Shown here: positions 1 through 10,149 of the stretch, piece after piece
Layout: each line of letters starts with the position of its first letter
Numbering within the stretch: the first letter of the stretch is position 1
The notes under the pieces: model-generated
Database searches by the model: none
What the model saw: only the letters and a program-made list of their open reading frames with translations
What the model was told of the DNA's origin: nothing
Program-made: the position numbers and the translations under genes
Source: Pelagibacteraceae bacterium
Lineage (GTDB): Bacteria; Pseudomonadota; Alphaproteobacteria; GCA-002720895
Length of the DNA: 64,000 bases
Direction: 5' to 3'
Assembly (NCBI GenBank): GCA_002717245.1
Contig: PBCY01000019.1
Location: forward strand, 19,970 to 83,969

Positions 1-155
1 TAATGGGAGGTATAGGCAAAAATAATGAAAAACATACCTTCATTATAGATGTAGTAAAAGCACTAATGAGCGTTACTACAAATTTAGGTTTTAATAAAAC
101 AGGTAAATGCGGTAACAAATCAATAATCGAACCAAAAGATCAGTATGCAGATTAA
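1..155 (+). CDS. C-terminal end of an unidentified CDS that begins upstream of the window (partial)
   Basis: Frame with codons at 3,6,9... is open from the window edge to TAA at 153-155 (...GGIGKNNEKHTFIIDVVKALMSVTTNLGFNKTGKCGNKSIIEPKDQYAD*). Too short for the ORF track. Product not recognised. Confidence 0.3.
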   Translation, partial: MGGIGKNNEKHTFIIDVVKALMSVTTNLGFNKTGKCGNKSIIEPKDQYAD

Positions 156-167
156 ATATTTTTTTCT

Positions 168-932
168 ATGAAAAATATTATTTTATCAATTTTAAGTTTT
201 CCATTTATTTTTTTTTTAATTTATTTTTTATCAATTTTTTTTTATAAAAAAAAAAAAATTTTTAAATTAATAATTATAACAAATACTTTTTTTTTAATAA
301 TTTTTTCAGTTCCGATAATTTCATATATTTTAGAAATACCTTTATATCCAAAAAAAAATACTTATGAAAAAAATTTAGATAAAAAATTTTCTTTAATAAT
401 CGTTCCAACAGCAGGTTTTAAAAAAAATGAAAATAATGATTATTATGATTACCCATCTAAAAATTCAATAGATAGACTTTATAAAGCATATGTTTTTTCT
501 ATAAATAAAAATATTCCAATATATATATCAGGTGGAAAAACAATTAAAAATATAGACAGTGAAGCAGAAATTTTATCAAAAAATTTTTTTCAAAAAATAG
601 ATAAGACAAAAATTGTTATTGAAAATAAATCAATAAATACATTTGAAACTGCAATAAATTTAGAACAATATTTACTAAATAAAAATCTAAGTAAAAACAT
701 AATTCTTTTTACTGATTTATATCACCATAAAAGAATGGCATCTGTTTTAGAAAAAAAAAAAATTAAAGTTTTTTTTGCTACAAATTCTTTTAAAAAAAAA
801 AAAATTGAATTAAATGACTTTTTTCCTTCACTAAAAAGTTATGAAGAAATAAATAAAGTAAGATACTCTTATTTAGCAATATTAAAATATATCATTACAA
901 ATAAAGTTAATTATTCGACTTTAATAAATTAA
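168..932 (+). CDS. YdcF/ElyC-like DUF218 family membrane-anchored protein
   Basis: 254-aa ORF with two N-terminal hydrophobic helices. The C-terminal domain has DUF218-like motifs (IYISGGKT...SEAEILS...FTDLYHHKRM). Contains an in-frame A13 run at 246-258. Confidence 0.55.
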   Translation: MKNIILSILSFPFIFFLIYFLSIFFYKKKKIFKLIIITNTFFLIIFSVPIISYILEIPLYPKKNTYEKNLDKKFSLIIVPTAGFKKNENNDYYDYPSKNSIDRLYKAYVFSINKNIPIYISGGKTIKNIDSEAEILSKNFFQKIDKTKIVIENKSINTFETAINLEQYLLNKNLSKNIILFTDLYHHKRMASVLEKKKIKVFFATNSFKKKKIELNDFFPSLKSYEEINKVRYSYLAILKYIITNKVNYSTLIN

Positions 933-942
933 TTTTTTAATA

Positions 943-1752
943 TTAACAACTAAGATAATATTCATTTTTGCTTAAATTATCTGTTACTTTTTCCTCAGAA
1001 TCTTTAATTTTATAACCATATTTTTTTATTAAATTTATTATCTGACTTTCGCTAACATTTAATTTTTTTAAATGATTTTTGTGTACACTTAAAAAAATAT
1101 CTGGTTTAAATTTTTTTAAAATATTTATTGCACCTTCTAAAATATATAATTCTGAACCTTCTGCATCAATTTTTATTAAATCTGGTTTAATTTTTTTTTC
1201 ATTAACAAAATTGTCTAAAGATATTTGATTTTTCTTTATTAAAGAATGATTTTCTTTGATATTAATTATAGAGTTCATTCCTGTAGGTTTTTTTGACTCG
1301 TAAAAATTTATATTTTTTGAATTCCTTTTTCCTACTAAAGTATCAATTACAGTCACGTTCTTTATGTTATTTATAAATAAATGAAAATTTAAATATTTTC
1401 TATTTATATTTGAAGGTTCAAAAGAAAAAATATTAGAATTTTTTTTTATTTGTGAACTTATAGGCAAAGTCGTTAATCCAATATGAGCCCCTATATCAAT
1501 AATACATTTTTTATTAATACATTTTTTCATCATTAAAGGAAAAACACTGCCATCTTCACTACCCCAAATCTTAAAATTACTAAATGCAAAAAAACAATGA
1601 ATTTTAAAAGGCCCATATATTGAAATATATTGATTAACTGGAAAATTTATATTTAAAATAGTTATGAATAATCTATAAATAGATCCAAAAAATAACCAAA
1701 ATAATTTTAGTTTCGGTGTTTTATTTTTTATATATCTAAAAAAAGAAAACAT
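943..1752 (-). CDS. FkbM-family SAM-dependent methyltransferase
   Basis: 269-aa ORF with IIDIGAHIGLTT (SAM-binding loop), FSFEPS and LIKIDAEGSELYILEGA, the characteristic FkbM-family signature. ATG lies 13 nt downstream of tRNA-Lys on the same strand. Confidence 0.7.
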   Translation of the reverse strand: MFSFFRYIKNKTPKLKLFWLFFGSIYRLFITILNINFPVNQYISIYGPFKIHCFFAFSNFKIWGSEDGSVFPLMMKKCINKKCIIDIGAHIGLTTLPISSQIKKNSNIFSFEPSNINRKYLNFHLFINNIKNVTVIDTLVGKRNSKNINFYESKKPTGMNSIINIKENHSLIKKNQISLDNFVNEKKIKPDLIKIDAEGSELYILEGAINILKKFKPDIFLSVHKNHLKKLNVSESQIINLIKKYGYKIKDSEEKVTDNLSKNEYYLSC

Positions 1753-1765
1753 AGAAAATTAATTG

Positions 1766-1838
1766 TAGGCGCTGGGGGGATCGAACCCCCGACACGCGGA
1801 TTAAAAGTCCACTGCTCTACCAACTGAGCTAAGCGCCC
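1766..1838 (-). tRNA. tRNA-Lys (anticodon UUU)
   Basis: Reverse complement folds as a cloverleaf: GGGCGCT TA GCTC AGTTGGTA GAGC A GTGGA CTTTTAA TCCGC GTGTC GGGGG TTCGATC CCCCC AGCGCCT A. G1-U72 wobble. The 3' CCA is not encoded (ACAA follows). Confidence 0.9.
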
Positions 1839-1885
1839 ACAAAATATATTATTACAATGATTATTAAAAACAATAGATGAAATGT

Positions 1886-2371
1886 TTAATTGTTAATTTT
1901 TTTTATTAATTTTTCTTCGACAGTTTTTGGAACGAATTGTGAAATATTACCTTTTAAAGATGCAATTTCTTTAATCAATTTAGATGAAATTAATTGAAAT
2001 TTGTCAGAGGCCATTAAAAAAATAGTTTCTATATCGGTATTAATTTTATAGTTCATGCCAGCCATTTGAAATTCATATTCAAAATCAGATACAGCTCTTA
2101 AACCCCTAATTACAATGTTTGCTTTTTTTTCAGTTGCAAAATTCATTAACAAACCATTAAAAGAAGAAATTTCCACATTTTTTATTGATTCATTATTAAT
2201 AACATCATTGATCATTTCAATTCTTTCTTTTGCAGAAAATAAATTATTTTTTATATTAGTTTCAGAAACCGCAATAACTAATTTATCAACAAATTTACTC
2301 GATCTTTTAATAATATCTAAATGACCATTAGTTATTGGATCAAATGTACCTGGGTATATAGCAACTTTCAT
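1886..2371 (-). CDS. coaD: phosphopantetheine adenylyltransferase
   Basis: 161 aa. N-terminus MKVAIYPGTFDPITNGHLDII carries the nucleotidyltransferase T/HxGH motif. Length and ISSKLIKE region are typical of CoaD. Confidence 0.95.
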   Translation of the reverse strand: MKVAIYPGTFDPITNGHLDIIKRSSKFVDKLVIAVSETNIKNNLFSAKERIEMINDVINNESIKNVEISSFNGLLMNFATEKKANIVIRGLRAVSDFEYEFQMAGMNYKINTDIETIFLMASDKFQLISSKLIKEIASLKGNISQFVPKTVEEKLIKKINN

Positions 2372-2384
2372 AGTCTATTATATT

Positions 2385-5150
2385 TTATTCTTCAGAATTA
2401 ATATTCAAGTCTTTAATTGATGCTGCTGATAGAACTTTTTCGCTTGATTCAACCTTGAATAAAGTCACGCCTTGTGTAGTTCTTCCAGCAATTCTAATTT
2501 TATTAACTGGAGATCTTATTAATTTTCCTGTTCCAGCAATAAGCATAACATCGTCTTTTTCATTAATCGGGAAAGAGGAAACAACGTTTCCGGTTTTTTT
2601 ATTAACTGTCATATTAGCTATACCTTTTCCGCCTCTACTAGTAATTCTGTACTCATAAGCAGAGCTTCTTTTTCCATAACCATTATCAGCTACAGAAAGA
2701 ATAAATTCTTCCAAGTTCTCCATTTCAACAAACTTTTTTTCATCTAATTTAGTATCTTTTGAAAGTTTGTTGTATGGCAGACTTCTTCTTAATTCTTTTC
2801 TTCTAATTGCGTTAGCAATTTTTAAATAATCATTTCTTTCTTCCATAGAAAATTTTGCATGTTTCAAAATATACATTGAAATAACAGTATCTTTCTTACC
2901 TAACTTTATTCCTCTTACACCAACAGAATTTCTACCAGAGAATTTTCTTACATTAGAAATTGGAAACCTGAGGCATTTACCTTCTTTTGTAGATAAAAAT
3001 ACATCATGTTCTTTTTCTGTGCATGTATGAACTCCTATTAATTTATCATCATCAGATAATTTCATTGCGATTTTTCCACTTGATTGTATTTTTACAAAGT
3101 CTGTAAGAGCATTTCTTCTAACAGTTCCTTTTGATGTTGCAAACATTATATTTAAAATTTCCCAAGATTTTTTATCACTCGGCAATGGTAGCACTGCGGT
3201 AATATTTTCATCTTTTGACAATGGAAAAATACCTATCATAGGTTTTCCCCTTGCATTAGGAGCAAATTCTGGGAGTTTAAATACTTTCATTTGATAGACT
3301 TTTCCTTTTGTAGAAAAAAATAATACAGAAGATTTGGTATTTGCAACAAAAACCTGATTAACAAAATCCTCATCTCTTGTTGCCATTGCTTTTCTTCCTT
3401 TTCCACCTCTTTTTTGAGCTCTATATGTTTTTAACGGAACTCTTTTAATATAACCTCTGTGAGTAACAGTAATTACCATTTCTTCAGACTCAATTAAATC
3501 TTCTTCTTCTACATCTGCTGATTCACTGCCTATAACAGTTCTTCTTTCATCTGCAAAATTTTCTTTAACTTCTATTAGTTCTTTTTTTATTTCTTTTACT
3601 AATAAATCTTTTTTTTGTAGTAAGCTTAAAAAATCATTTATTTTTTTTCCTAGCTCTTTAGCTTCTTCTACAATCTTATCTCTCTCTAACCCAGTTAATT
3701 TTTGTAATCTTAAATCTAAAATTGCATCAGCCTGTTCATTAGAAAGGCTATATTTTCCAGCTTTTTTCAATTTATGTCGTGGATCGTCAACAATTTTTAT
3801 AAAACTAATTAAATCTTTAGCGGGCCAATCTTTCTTCAAAAGAGCTGATTTAGCATCGCTTGGATTCTTTGAATTTCTAATCAATTTAATAACTAAATCT
3901 AAATTATTAACAGCAATCATTAAACCTGTTAAATTATGAACTCTTTCTCTTGCTCTTTCTAATTCGAAAAGTATTCTTTTTCTTGTTACTTCTTCTCTAA
4001 AAGAAACAAAAATACTAATCATTTTTTTTAAGTCCATTACTTCAGGACTAGTTCCATCTTTTAATGCTAGTGCATTAACACCAAAGCTTGTTCTTAATGG
4101 AGTATGTTTATATAAATTTGCTAAAATTATTTCAGGATTAGCGCCTTTTTTAACTTCGACGACAATTCTTACTCCTTTACGATTTGATTCATCTCTTATA
4201 TCTGATATATCTTCAACAACTTTATCTTTAACAACTTCTGCGATTTTCTCTACAAGTTTAGATTTATTTATAGTGTATGGAATTTCTGTAACTACTATGG
4301 CCTTCCTTTTATCTTTTACTTTTTCTTCAATTTCTACTTTTGACTCTATTACTATTGAACCTCTTCCAGTTTTAAAAGCTGACAATATACCAGTTTTTCC
4401 TTTTATTATTCCGCCAGTAGGAAAATCAGGTCCTTTAACAAATTCAGTTAATTCATCTATAGATATATCTTTATTATCTATATACGCTATACAGCCATCT
4501 ATTACTTCACCTAAATTATGTGGGGGTATGTTAGTTGCCATTCCAACTGCTATACCACTGGCGCCATTAACTAATAAATTTGGAACTTTAGATGGTAAAA
4601 CAGTTGGTTCTGAAGTTGAACCATCATAATTTTCTATAAAACTAACAGTTTCCTTATCTAAATCATCAAGCAATCTTTCAGAAACTTTTTTTAATCTAGC
4701 TTCTGTATAACGCATAGCTGCTGGAGGATCACCATCCATAGATCCAAAATTTCCCTGTCCATCAATTAATGGTAATCTTAGAGAAAAATCTTGAGCCATT
4801 CTAACCATTGATTCATATATTGCACTATCACCATGTGGGTGGTATTTTCCCATAACATCTCCAACTATTCTTGCAGATTTATGATACGCTCTATTGTAAT
4901 GATATCCAGATTGATCCATAGAATATAAAATTCTTCTATGAACTGGCTTAAGCCCATCTCTAGCATCTGGCAAAGCTCTACTGACAATAACACTCATTGC
5001 ATAAGAAAGATAAGAAGTTTCCATTTCTTTCTTTAAAGAAAGATTAACTTCATTACCAAAATTACCATTACCAGAATCTTTATTAGACAATGTTCCTTTT
5101 TTATTTACGTTATCATTAGAATTTGAATCGCCTAATGTGGTATCACTCAA
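2385..5150 (-). CDS. gyrA: DNA gyrase subunit A
   Basis: 921 aa with [27 protein letters not shown], the [13 protein letters not shown] region, the [10 protein letters not shown] active-site Tyr motif, and C-terminal beta-pinwheel repeats. Confidence 0.97.
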   Translation of the reverse strand: MSDTTLGDSNSNDNVNKKGTLSNKDSGNGNFGNEVNLSLKKEMETSYLSYAMSVIVSRALPDARDGLKPVHRRILYSMDQSGYHYNRAYHKSARIVGDVMGKYHPHGDSAIYESMVRMAQDFSLRLPLIDGQGNFGSMDGDPPAAMRYTEARLKKVSERLLDDLDKETVSFIENYDGSTSEPTVLPSKVPNLLVNGASGIAVGMATNIPPHNLGEVIDGCIAYIDNKDISIDELTEFVKGPDFPTGGIIKGKTGILSAFKTGRGSIVIESKVEIEEKVKDKRKAIVVTEIPYTINKSKLVEKIAEVVKDKVVEDISDIRDESNRKGVRIVVEVKKGANPEIILANLYKHTPLRTSFGVNALALKDGTSPEVMDLKKMISIFVSFREEVTRKRILFELERARERVHNLTGLMIAVNNLDLVIKLIRNSKNPSDAKSALLKKDWPAKDLISFIKIVDDPRHKLKKAGKYSLSNEQADAILDLRLQKLTGLERDKIVEEAKELGKKINDFLSLLQKKDLLVKEIKKELIEVKENFADERRTVIGSESADVEEEDLIESEEMVITVTHRGYIKRVPLKTYRAQKRGGKGRKAMATRDEDFVNQVFVANTKSSVLFFSTKGKVYQMKVFKLPEFAPNARGKPMIGIFPLSKDENITAVLPLPSDKKSWEILNIMFATSKGTVRRNALTDFVKIQSSGKIAMKLSDDDKLIGVHTCTEKEHDVFLSTKEGKCLRFPISNVRKFSGRNSVGVRGIKLGKKDTVISMYILKHAKFSMEERNDYLKIANAIRRKELRRSLPYNKLSKDTKLDEKKFVEMENLEEFILSVADNGYGKRSSAYEYRITSRGGKGIANMTVNKKTGNVVSSFPINEKDDVMLIAGTGKLIRSPVNKIRIAGRTTQGVTLFKVESSEKVLSAASIKDLNINSEE

Positions 5151-5171
5151 AATTAACTCCTAAAAAAAAAA

Positions 5172-5660
5172 TTAGAAAGGTATATCTTCTTCATTAAGAT
5201 CGGATTTATCATCTAAAACATCTTTGTTTTCATCTGGCGCAACTTTCTTGTTAGACGTATCATTATTCTCAGAAATATCTTTATCTTCTGATAATTCTTG
5301 ATTACTACCTTTTGCACTAACAATATCAATCCTGCCTCCGTATCCTTGTATTATTATTTCAGTCGTATACTTTTCTGTTCCTTTATCATCAGTCCACTTT
5401 CTTGTTTGCAAAGAACCTTCAACATAAACTTTTGTACCTTTTTTTATATAGTTTTCAACAACTCCAACTAAACCTTCGTTAAAAACTACAACTCTATGCC
5501 ACTCTGTTTTTTCTTTTTTTTCTCCAGTATCTTTATCTTTCCAAGAATCCGATGTTGCAACAGAAAAAGTGCAAACTTTTTTTCCGTTTTGCATAGTTCG
5601 AACATCTGGGTCTTGACCCAAATTTCCAAGTAGGATTACTTTATTTACAGATCCTGGCAT
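5172..5660 (-). CDS. ssb: single-stranded DNA-binding protein
   Basis: 162 aa. OB fold N-terminus (NKVILLGNLGQDPDVR...TEWHRVVVF), acidic low-complexity tail ending in the canonical DIPF. Confidence 0.95.
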   Translation of the reverse strand: MPGSVNKVILLGNLGQDPDVRTMQNGKKVCTFSVATSDSWKDKDTGEKKEKTEWHRVVVFNEGLVGVVENYIKKGTKVYVEGSLQTRKWTDDKGTEKYTTEIIIQGYGGRIDIVSAKGSNQELSEDKDISENNDTSNKKVAPDENKDVLDDKSDLNEEDIPF

Positions 5661-5745
5661 TTAATAAAATAAAAAAGCTTAATATAAAATAAAAATAAAC
5701 TAGTTTAATAATAATTAGTAAATATAAATTAGTCTAATATAAATT

Positions 5746-8607
5746 ATGGATAAAATTAGTATTTTAGGAGCTAAAGAACACAACTTAAAAGACATAAATT
5801 TAGAAATACCAAAAAATAAATTAGTTGTAATTACTGGAGTCTCTGGATCAGGAAAATCTTCATTAGCTTTTGACACAATTTATGCTGAAGGTCAAAGACG
5901 ATATGTCGAAAGTTTGTCAGCTTACGCAAGACAATTCTTAGAAGTTATGCAAAAACCCGACGTTGATTCAATTGAAGGATTGTCGCCAGCAATATCTATA
6001 GAACAAAAGACAACGTCAAAAAATCCTAGATCAACAGTTGGGACAATAACTGAAATATATGATTATATGAGATTATTATATGCAAGAATAGGTATACCCT
6101 ACTCACCTAAAACTGGTAAGCCAATAGAATCACAAAGTGTATCTCAAATTGTTGATTCAATCATGGAAAAAAAAGTTAAAGAAAAATATCTATTACTCGC
6201 TCCTTTTGTTAGAGGAAGAAAAGGTGAGTATAAAAAAGAAATTTTTGAAATGGTTAAAAAAGGTTTCCAAAGATTTAAAATTGATGGAAAAATTTTTAAA
6301 TCTGATGAATTGCCAAATCTAGATAAAAAATTTAAACATAATATTGATGTTGTTGTAGATAGAATAGAAATAAATAAAAATATAAAAAACCAATTAACTG
6401 ATAGTGTAGAAACTGCTTTAAGTATTTCAAATGGTATAGTTTATATTGAAAATATAAATTCAAAAAAAATAGACATTTTTTCAACAAAATTTGCTTGCCC
6501 AATTTCTGGTTTTACTATTGAAGAAATAGAACCAAGATTATTTTCTTTTAATAATCCTTTTGGAGCTTGTCCTGAATGTAATGGACTTGGAAATAAATCT
6601 TATTTTGATCCAGATATGGTTGTGCCAAATAATAACTTAAGTATTGCAGAAGGAGCTATAGAGCCATGGAATAAATCATCAAATGACTTTTATCAACAAA
6701 CTTTAATAGCATTATCAGAAGCATTTAATTTCAGCATGGAGAAGCCTTTTAAAGATTTAAAAAAAGAAGTTCAAAATATAATTTTATATGGAAGTAAAAA
6801 AAAAAAAATTAAATTTGATTATAGTTCATTTAGAGGAACTTATAGAATTGAAAGAACTTTTGAAGGAGTAATTCCTAATCTTCATAGAAAATGGTTTAAA
6901 AATGAAAATGAATATTACAGAGACGATGTATCTAAATATTTAAGATATGATACATGTGAAACTTGTAATGGATATAAACTAAAAAAAGAAGCTTTATCAA
7001 TAAAAATAGATAATTTACATATTGGTGAAGTTAGTTCTTACACAATAGAGAATGCTATTAATTGGTTCAAAAAATTAGAAAATAAATTAAATAAAACTCA
7101 ATATGAAATAGCCCGTAGAATATTAAAAGAAATAAATGATAGACTTAATTTTCTTAATAATGTTGGTTTAAACTATTTAACTTTATCTAGAAATTCTAGA
7201 ACTTTATCTGGTGGTGAGGGTCAAAGAATTAGATTAGCTTCACAAATAGGATCAGGGCTAACAGGTGTTTTATATGTTCTTGATGAACCATCTATTGGTT
7301 TGCATCAAAGAGATAATAAAAGACTTCTAAAAACATTAGAAAAATTAAAAAACCTTGGTAATACAATAATAGTCGTAGAACATGATGAAGAAGCGATTAG
7401 AGCAGCTGACTATATAATTGATGTTGGACCGGGTGCTGGGGTTTATGGAGGAAACATTGTTGCTAAAGGTGAACTTTCTGAAATTTTAAGTTCAACTGAA
7501 TCTATCACTTCACAATATTTAAATAGATATAGAAATATTCCGACACCTAAGGAAAGAAGAAAAGGAAAAAAAAATCAATTTTTAATTATGAAAGGAATTA
7601 ATACAAATAATCTTAAAAATGTAACAGTAAAAATACCATTAGGAACATTTACAGCTGTAACAGGAGTTTCAGGAAGTGGAAAATCAAGTTTAATTAACGA
7701 ATCTTTATTAAAAGCAGTTGGGAAAAAATTAAATTATCAAATTCAAAAACCTGAAAAATATAAATCATTAGAAGGTTTTGAATATGTAGATAAGATTGTA
7801 GAAATTAACCAGGCTCCTATAGGAAGAACTCCCAGATCAAATCCTGCCACATATACAGGTGCTTTTACACCAGTTAGAGAATGGTTTGCAAACTTACCCA
7901 TAGCAAGAGAAAGAGGATATAAAGCTGGAAGATTCTCATTCAATGTAAAAGGTGGAAGATGTGAAACTTGTCAAGGAGACGGCGTAATCAAGATTGAAAT
8001 GCATTTTTTACCTGATGTTTATGTCAAATGTGATTCATGTAAAGGAAAGAGATATAATCGAGATACTTTAGAAATTAAATTTAAAGATAAAAATATAGCA
8101 GATGTTCTAGATATGACTGTAGATGAATCTTTAGAGTTTTTTAAAGCAATTCCTAATATAAAGAATAAATTACTTACCTTAAAAAAAGTTGGTTTAGGAT
8201 ACATTAAGATTGGGCAATCAGCGACAACTTTATCTGGGGGTGAAGCGCAAAGAATTAAATTAGCTAAAGAATTGTCTAAAAGATCAACTGGTCAAACATT
8301 ATACATATTAGACGAACCAACAACTGGATTACATTTTGAAGATGTAAAAAAACTTTTAGAAGTTTTACATGCATTAGTTGACACAGGTAACACTGTTATT
8401 GTTATTGAACACAATTTAGAAGTAATAAAAACAGCAGATCATATTATTGATATGGGTCCTGAAGGAGGAGAAAAAGGTGGAAAAATTATAGCAGAAGGAT
8501 CTCCTGAGATTTTATTAGTAAAATTTAAAAATAGTTATACAAGTCAATATCTGCATGATGTATTAAGAATAGAAGATAAAATTAAAAGAAAGTCTTTACA
8601 AAAATAA
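5746..8607 (+). CDS. uvrA: excinuclease ABC subunit A
   Basis: 953 aa with two ABC ATPase modules ([10 protein letters not shown] twice, LSGGEGQR / LSGGEAQR signatures) and zinc-finger CxxC pairs. Contains an in-frame A13 run at 6796-6808. Confidence 0.97.
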   Translation: MDKISILGAKEHNLKDINLEIPKNKLVVITGVSGSGKSSLAFDTIYAEGQRRYVESLSAYARQFLEVMQKPDVDSIEGLSPAISIEQKTTSKNPRSTVGTITEIYDYMRLLYARIGIPYSPKTGKPIESQSVSQIVDSIMEKKVKEKYLLLAPFVRGRKGEYKKEIFEMVKKGFQRFKIDGKIFKSDELPNLDKKFKHNIDVVVDRIEINKNIKNQLTDSVETALSISNGIVYIENINSKKIDIFSTKFACPISGFTIEEIEPRLFSFNNPFGACPECNGLGNKSYFDPDMVVPNNNLSIAEGAIEPWNKSSNDFYQQTLIALSEAFNFSMEKPFKDLKKEVQNIILYGSKKKKIKFDYSSFRGTYRIERTFEGVIPNLHRKWFKNENEYYRDDVSKYLRYDTCETCNGYKLKKEALSIKIDNLHIGEVSSYTIENAINWFKKLENKLNKTQYEIARRILKEINDRLNFLNNVGLNYLTLSRNSRTLSGGEGQRIRLASQIGSGLTGVLYVLDEPSIGLHQRDNKRLLKTLEKLKNLGNTIIVVEHDEEAIRAADYIIDVGPGAGVYGGNIVAKGELSEILSSTESITSQYLNRYRNIPTPKERRKGKKNQFLIMKGINTNNLKNVTVKIPLGTFTAVTGVSGSGKSSLINESLLKAVGKKLNYQIQKPEKYKSLEGFEYVDKIVEINQAPIGRTPRSNPATYTGAFTPVREWFANLPIARERGYKAGRFSFNVKGGRCETCQGDGVIKIEMHFLPDVYVKCDSCKGKRYNRDTLEIKFKDKNIADVLDMTVDESLEFFKAIPNIKNKLLTLKKVGLGYIKIGQSATTLSGGEAQRIKLAKELSKRSTGQTLYILDEPTTGLHFEDVKKLLEVLHALVDTGNTVIVIEHNLEVIKTADHIIDMGPEGGEKGGKIIAEGSPEILLVKFKNSYTSQYLHDVLRIEDKIKRKSLQK

Positions 8608-8632
8608 TTTTTTTATTCATTATTAAATTATT

Positions 8633-8725
8633 ATGAATAATCCTTTAGAATCTCTAACGAAGACTGTTTTAATAGGTATAATACTAACAGTTTTAATGAT
8701 TTTAATAATTAATCAAATTTATTAA
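8633..8725 (+). CDS. possible 30-aa single-pass membrane peptide
   Basis: ATG at 8633, TAA at 8723-8725. Translates to MNNPLESLTKTVLIGIILTVLMILIINQIY with one clear hydrophobic helix. The stop lies 2 nt before the ATG of the next gene. Below the ORF-track size cut-off. No homology recognised. Confidence 0.3.
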   Translation: MNNPLESLTKTVLIGIILTVLMILIINQIY

Positions 8726-8727
8726 TT

Positions 8728-9237
8728 ATGGATTTACTTGAACCTACATACTTAGCTTTTTTTTCTAGATGGCTACATGTTATAAGCGGAATTATGTGGA
8801 TTGGTTTACTTTGGTATTTTAATTTTGTTCAAATACCTTCAATGCCTAATATTCCTGATAATGAAAAACCAGCAATTAGTAAAGTTATTGCTCCAAAAGC
8901 ACTATTTTGGTTTAGATGGGCAGCGTTAGCTACAATAATTACTGGATTATCAACAGCTCATTTAAATGGTTATCTTTCTAGCGCTTTAACTTTAGGAATA
9001 ATTGATGGTTCTCAAAAAAGCACTGCAATTGGTTTAGGAATGTGGTTAGGAATAATAATGGCATATAATGTGTGGATGATTATATGGCCAAATCAAAAAA
9101 TTGCTCTAGGAATAGTAGACGCAAATCCAGATGATAAACCGATAGCAGCTAGAAAAGCAATGTTGTTTTCAAGAACTAATACAGCTTTATCTATTCCAAT
9201 GTTATATGCAATGGTTTCTGCACAAAACCTATATTAA
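8728..9237 (+). CDS. four-helix integral membrane protein, resembles the N-terminal membrane domain of urate hydroxylase PuuD (family call tentative)
   Basis: 169 aa, about four hydrophobic helices. The motif WLHVISGIMWIGLLWYFNFVQIP resembles the Urate_ox_N-type membrane domain as I remember it. No cytochrome c part is present. Confidence 0.45.
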   Translation: MDLLEPTYLAFFSRWLHVISGIMWIGLLWYFNFVQIPSMPNIPDNEKPAISKVIAPKALFWFRWAALATIITGLSTAHLNGYLSSALTLGIIDGSQKSTAIGLGMWLGIIMAYNVWMIIWPNQKIALGIVDANPDDKPIAARKAMLFSRTNTALSIPMLYAMVSAQNLY

Positions 9238-10148
9238 TCTTGGTTTTTACTTCTAGCATCTGATGTTTTCATGTAAGTTAAAATTGGTGAAGCAACATAT
9301 AACGAAGAATAAGTACCTATCAGCACTCCCCATATTAACGCAATAATAAAACTTGAAATAACAATTCCACCAAAAATATATAACGCTATTAATGCCAAAA
9401 GAGTTGTTACACTAGTTGTTACTGTTCTAGACAGAGTGCCATTTAAAGATATATTGATTACCTCATCAAAAGTAACTTGTTTATATTTCCTCATTGAGTC
9501 TCTAATTCTGTCATAAATAACAACTGTGTCATTAATTGAATAACCAGCAATTGTTAAAACTGCTGCAACAGTAGCTAAATTAAATTCTAATTTTAATAAT
9601 GAAAAAAAACCAAGTGTAAGAATAACATCGTGTATTAAAGCTATTATTGCTCCTATAGCAAAATTCCACTGAAACCTTAGCCAAATATAAATAAGTATGC
9701 CAATTAATGAGAACATAACAGCAAGAATACCTGCGTTAACTAATTCGTCTCCAACTTTTGGTCCAACAAATTCTGTTCTTCTATATTCAACAGATTTTTC
9801 GTTTAAAAAATTTTTAATAACGTTAATAGTCTTAATGTCTGTGCCATCACTATTTTTTTTTTCTTGAACTCTAATAACAACATCATTTTCATTGCCAATT
9901 GTTTGTAATTGTATCTCACCTAGATCTAACTTCTTCATTTCATTTCTTAAGTTATTTAAATTAATTTTATTCTCAAATCTTACTTCTATTAAACTACCAC
10001 CTGTAAAATCAATTCCTAAATTTAAACCTTTAAAAAAAACAGCAAATAAAGATAACGAGAATAAAATAAAAGATATTACTAAGGTTAATTTCTTTATTTT
10101 CATAAAATTAATCTTAGTTCCGCTTTTTATTATTTTTAATAATGGCAT
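9234..10148 (-). CDS. secF: protein translocase subunit SecF
   Basis: 304 aa with GIDFTGGSLIEVRF and a C-terminal six-TM RND-like bundle (SINDTVVIYDRIRD). Lies directly downstream of secD. Confidence 0.93.
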   Translation of the reverse strand: MPLLKIIKSGTKINFMKIKKLTLVISFILFSLSLFAVFFKGLNLGIDFTGGSLIEVRFENKINLNNLRNEMKKLDLGEIQLQTIGNENDVVIRVQEKKNSDGTDIKTINVIKNFLNEKSVEYRRTEFVGPKVGDELVNAGILAVMFSLIGILIYIWLRFQWNFAIGAIIALIHDVILTLGFFSLLKLEFNLATVAAVLTIAGYSINDTVVIYDRIRDSMRKYKQVTFDEVINISLNGTLSRTVTTSVTTLLALIALYIFGGIVISSFIIALIWGVLIGTYSSLYVASPILTYMKTSDARSKNQD

Positions 10149-10149
10149 A

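Noticed and set aside
4273-4629. 118-aa ORF antisense to gyrA, and similar antisense ORFs at 2115-2324, 2455-2658, 7743-7943, 9892-10155, 12828-13115, 18532-18816, 28164-28451, 41959-side 42429-42665 and 52363-52545, among others
   Set aside because: All lie wholly inside strongly supported genes on the opposite strand. They have low-complexity or codon-mirror composition and no recognisable motifs. They are the typical shadow frames of coding sequence.
5661-5745. Looked for an alphaproteobacterial SOS box (GTTC-N7-GTTC / GAAC-N7-GAAC) in the ssb/uvrA divergent promoter region
   Set aside because: The 85-nt region contains no GAAC or GTTC at all. No LexA-type operator can be claimed.
8613-8640. 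Inverted repeat TTATTCAT...ATGAATAA after uvrA as a possible intrinsic terminator
   Set aside because: The stem is only 8 bp, contains a single G:C pair and has a 12-nt loop, so it is thermodynamically negligible. It overlaps the start of the candidate small ORF, and such palindromes are common by chance in AT-rich DNA.
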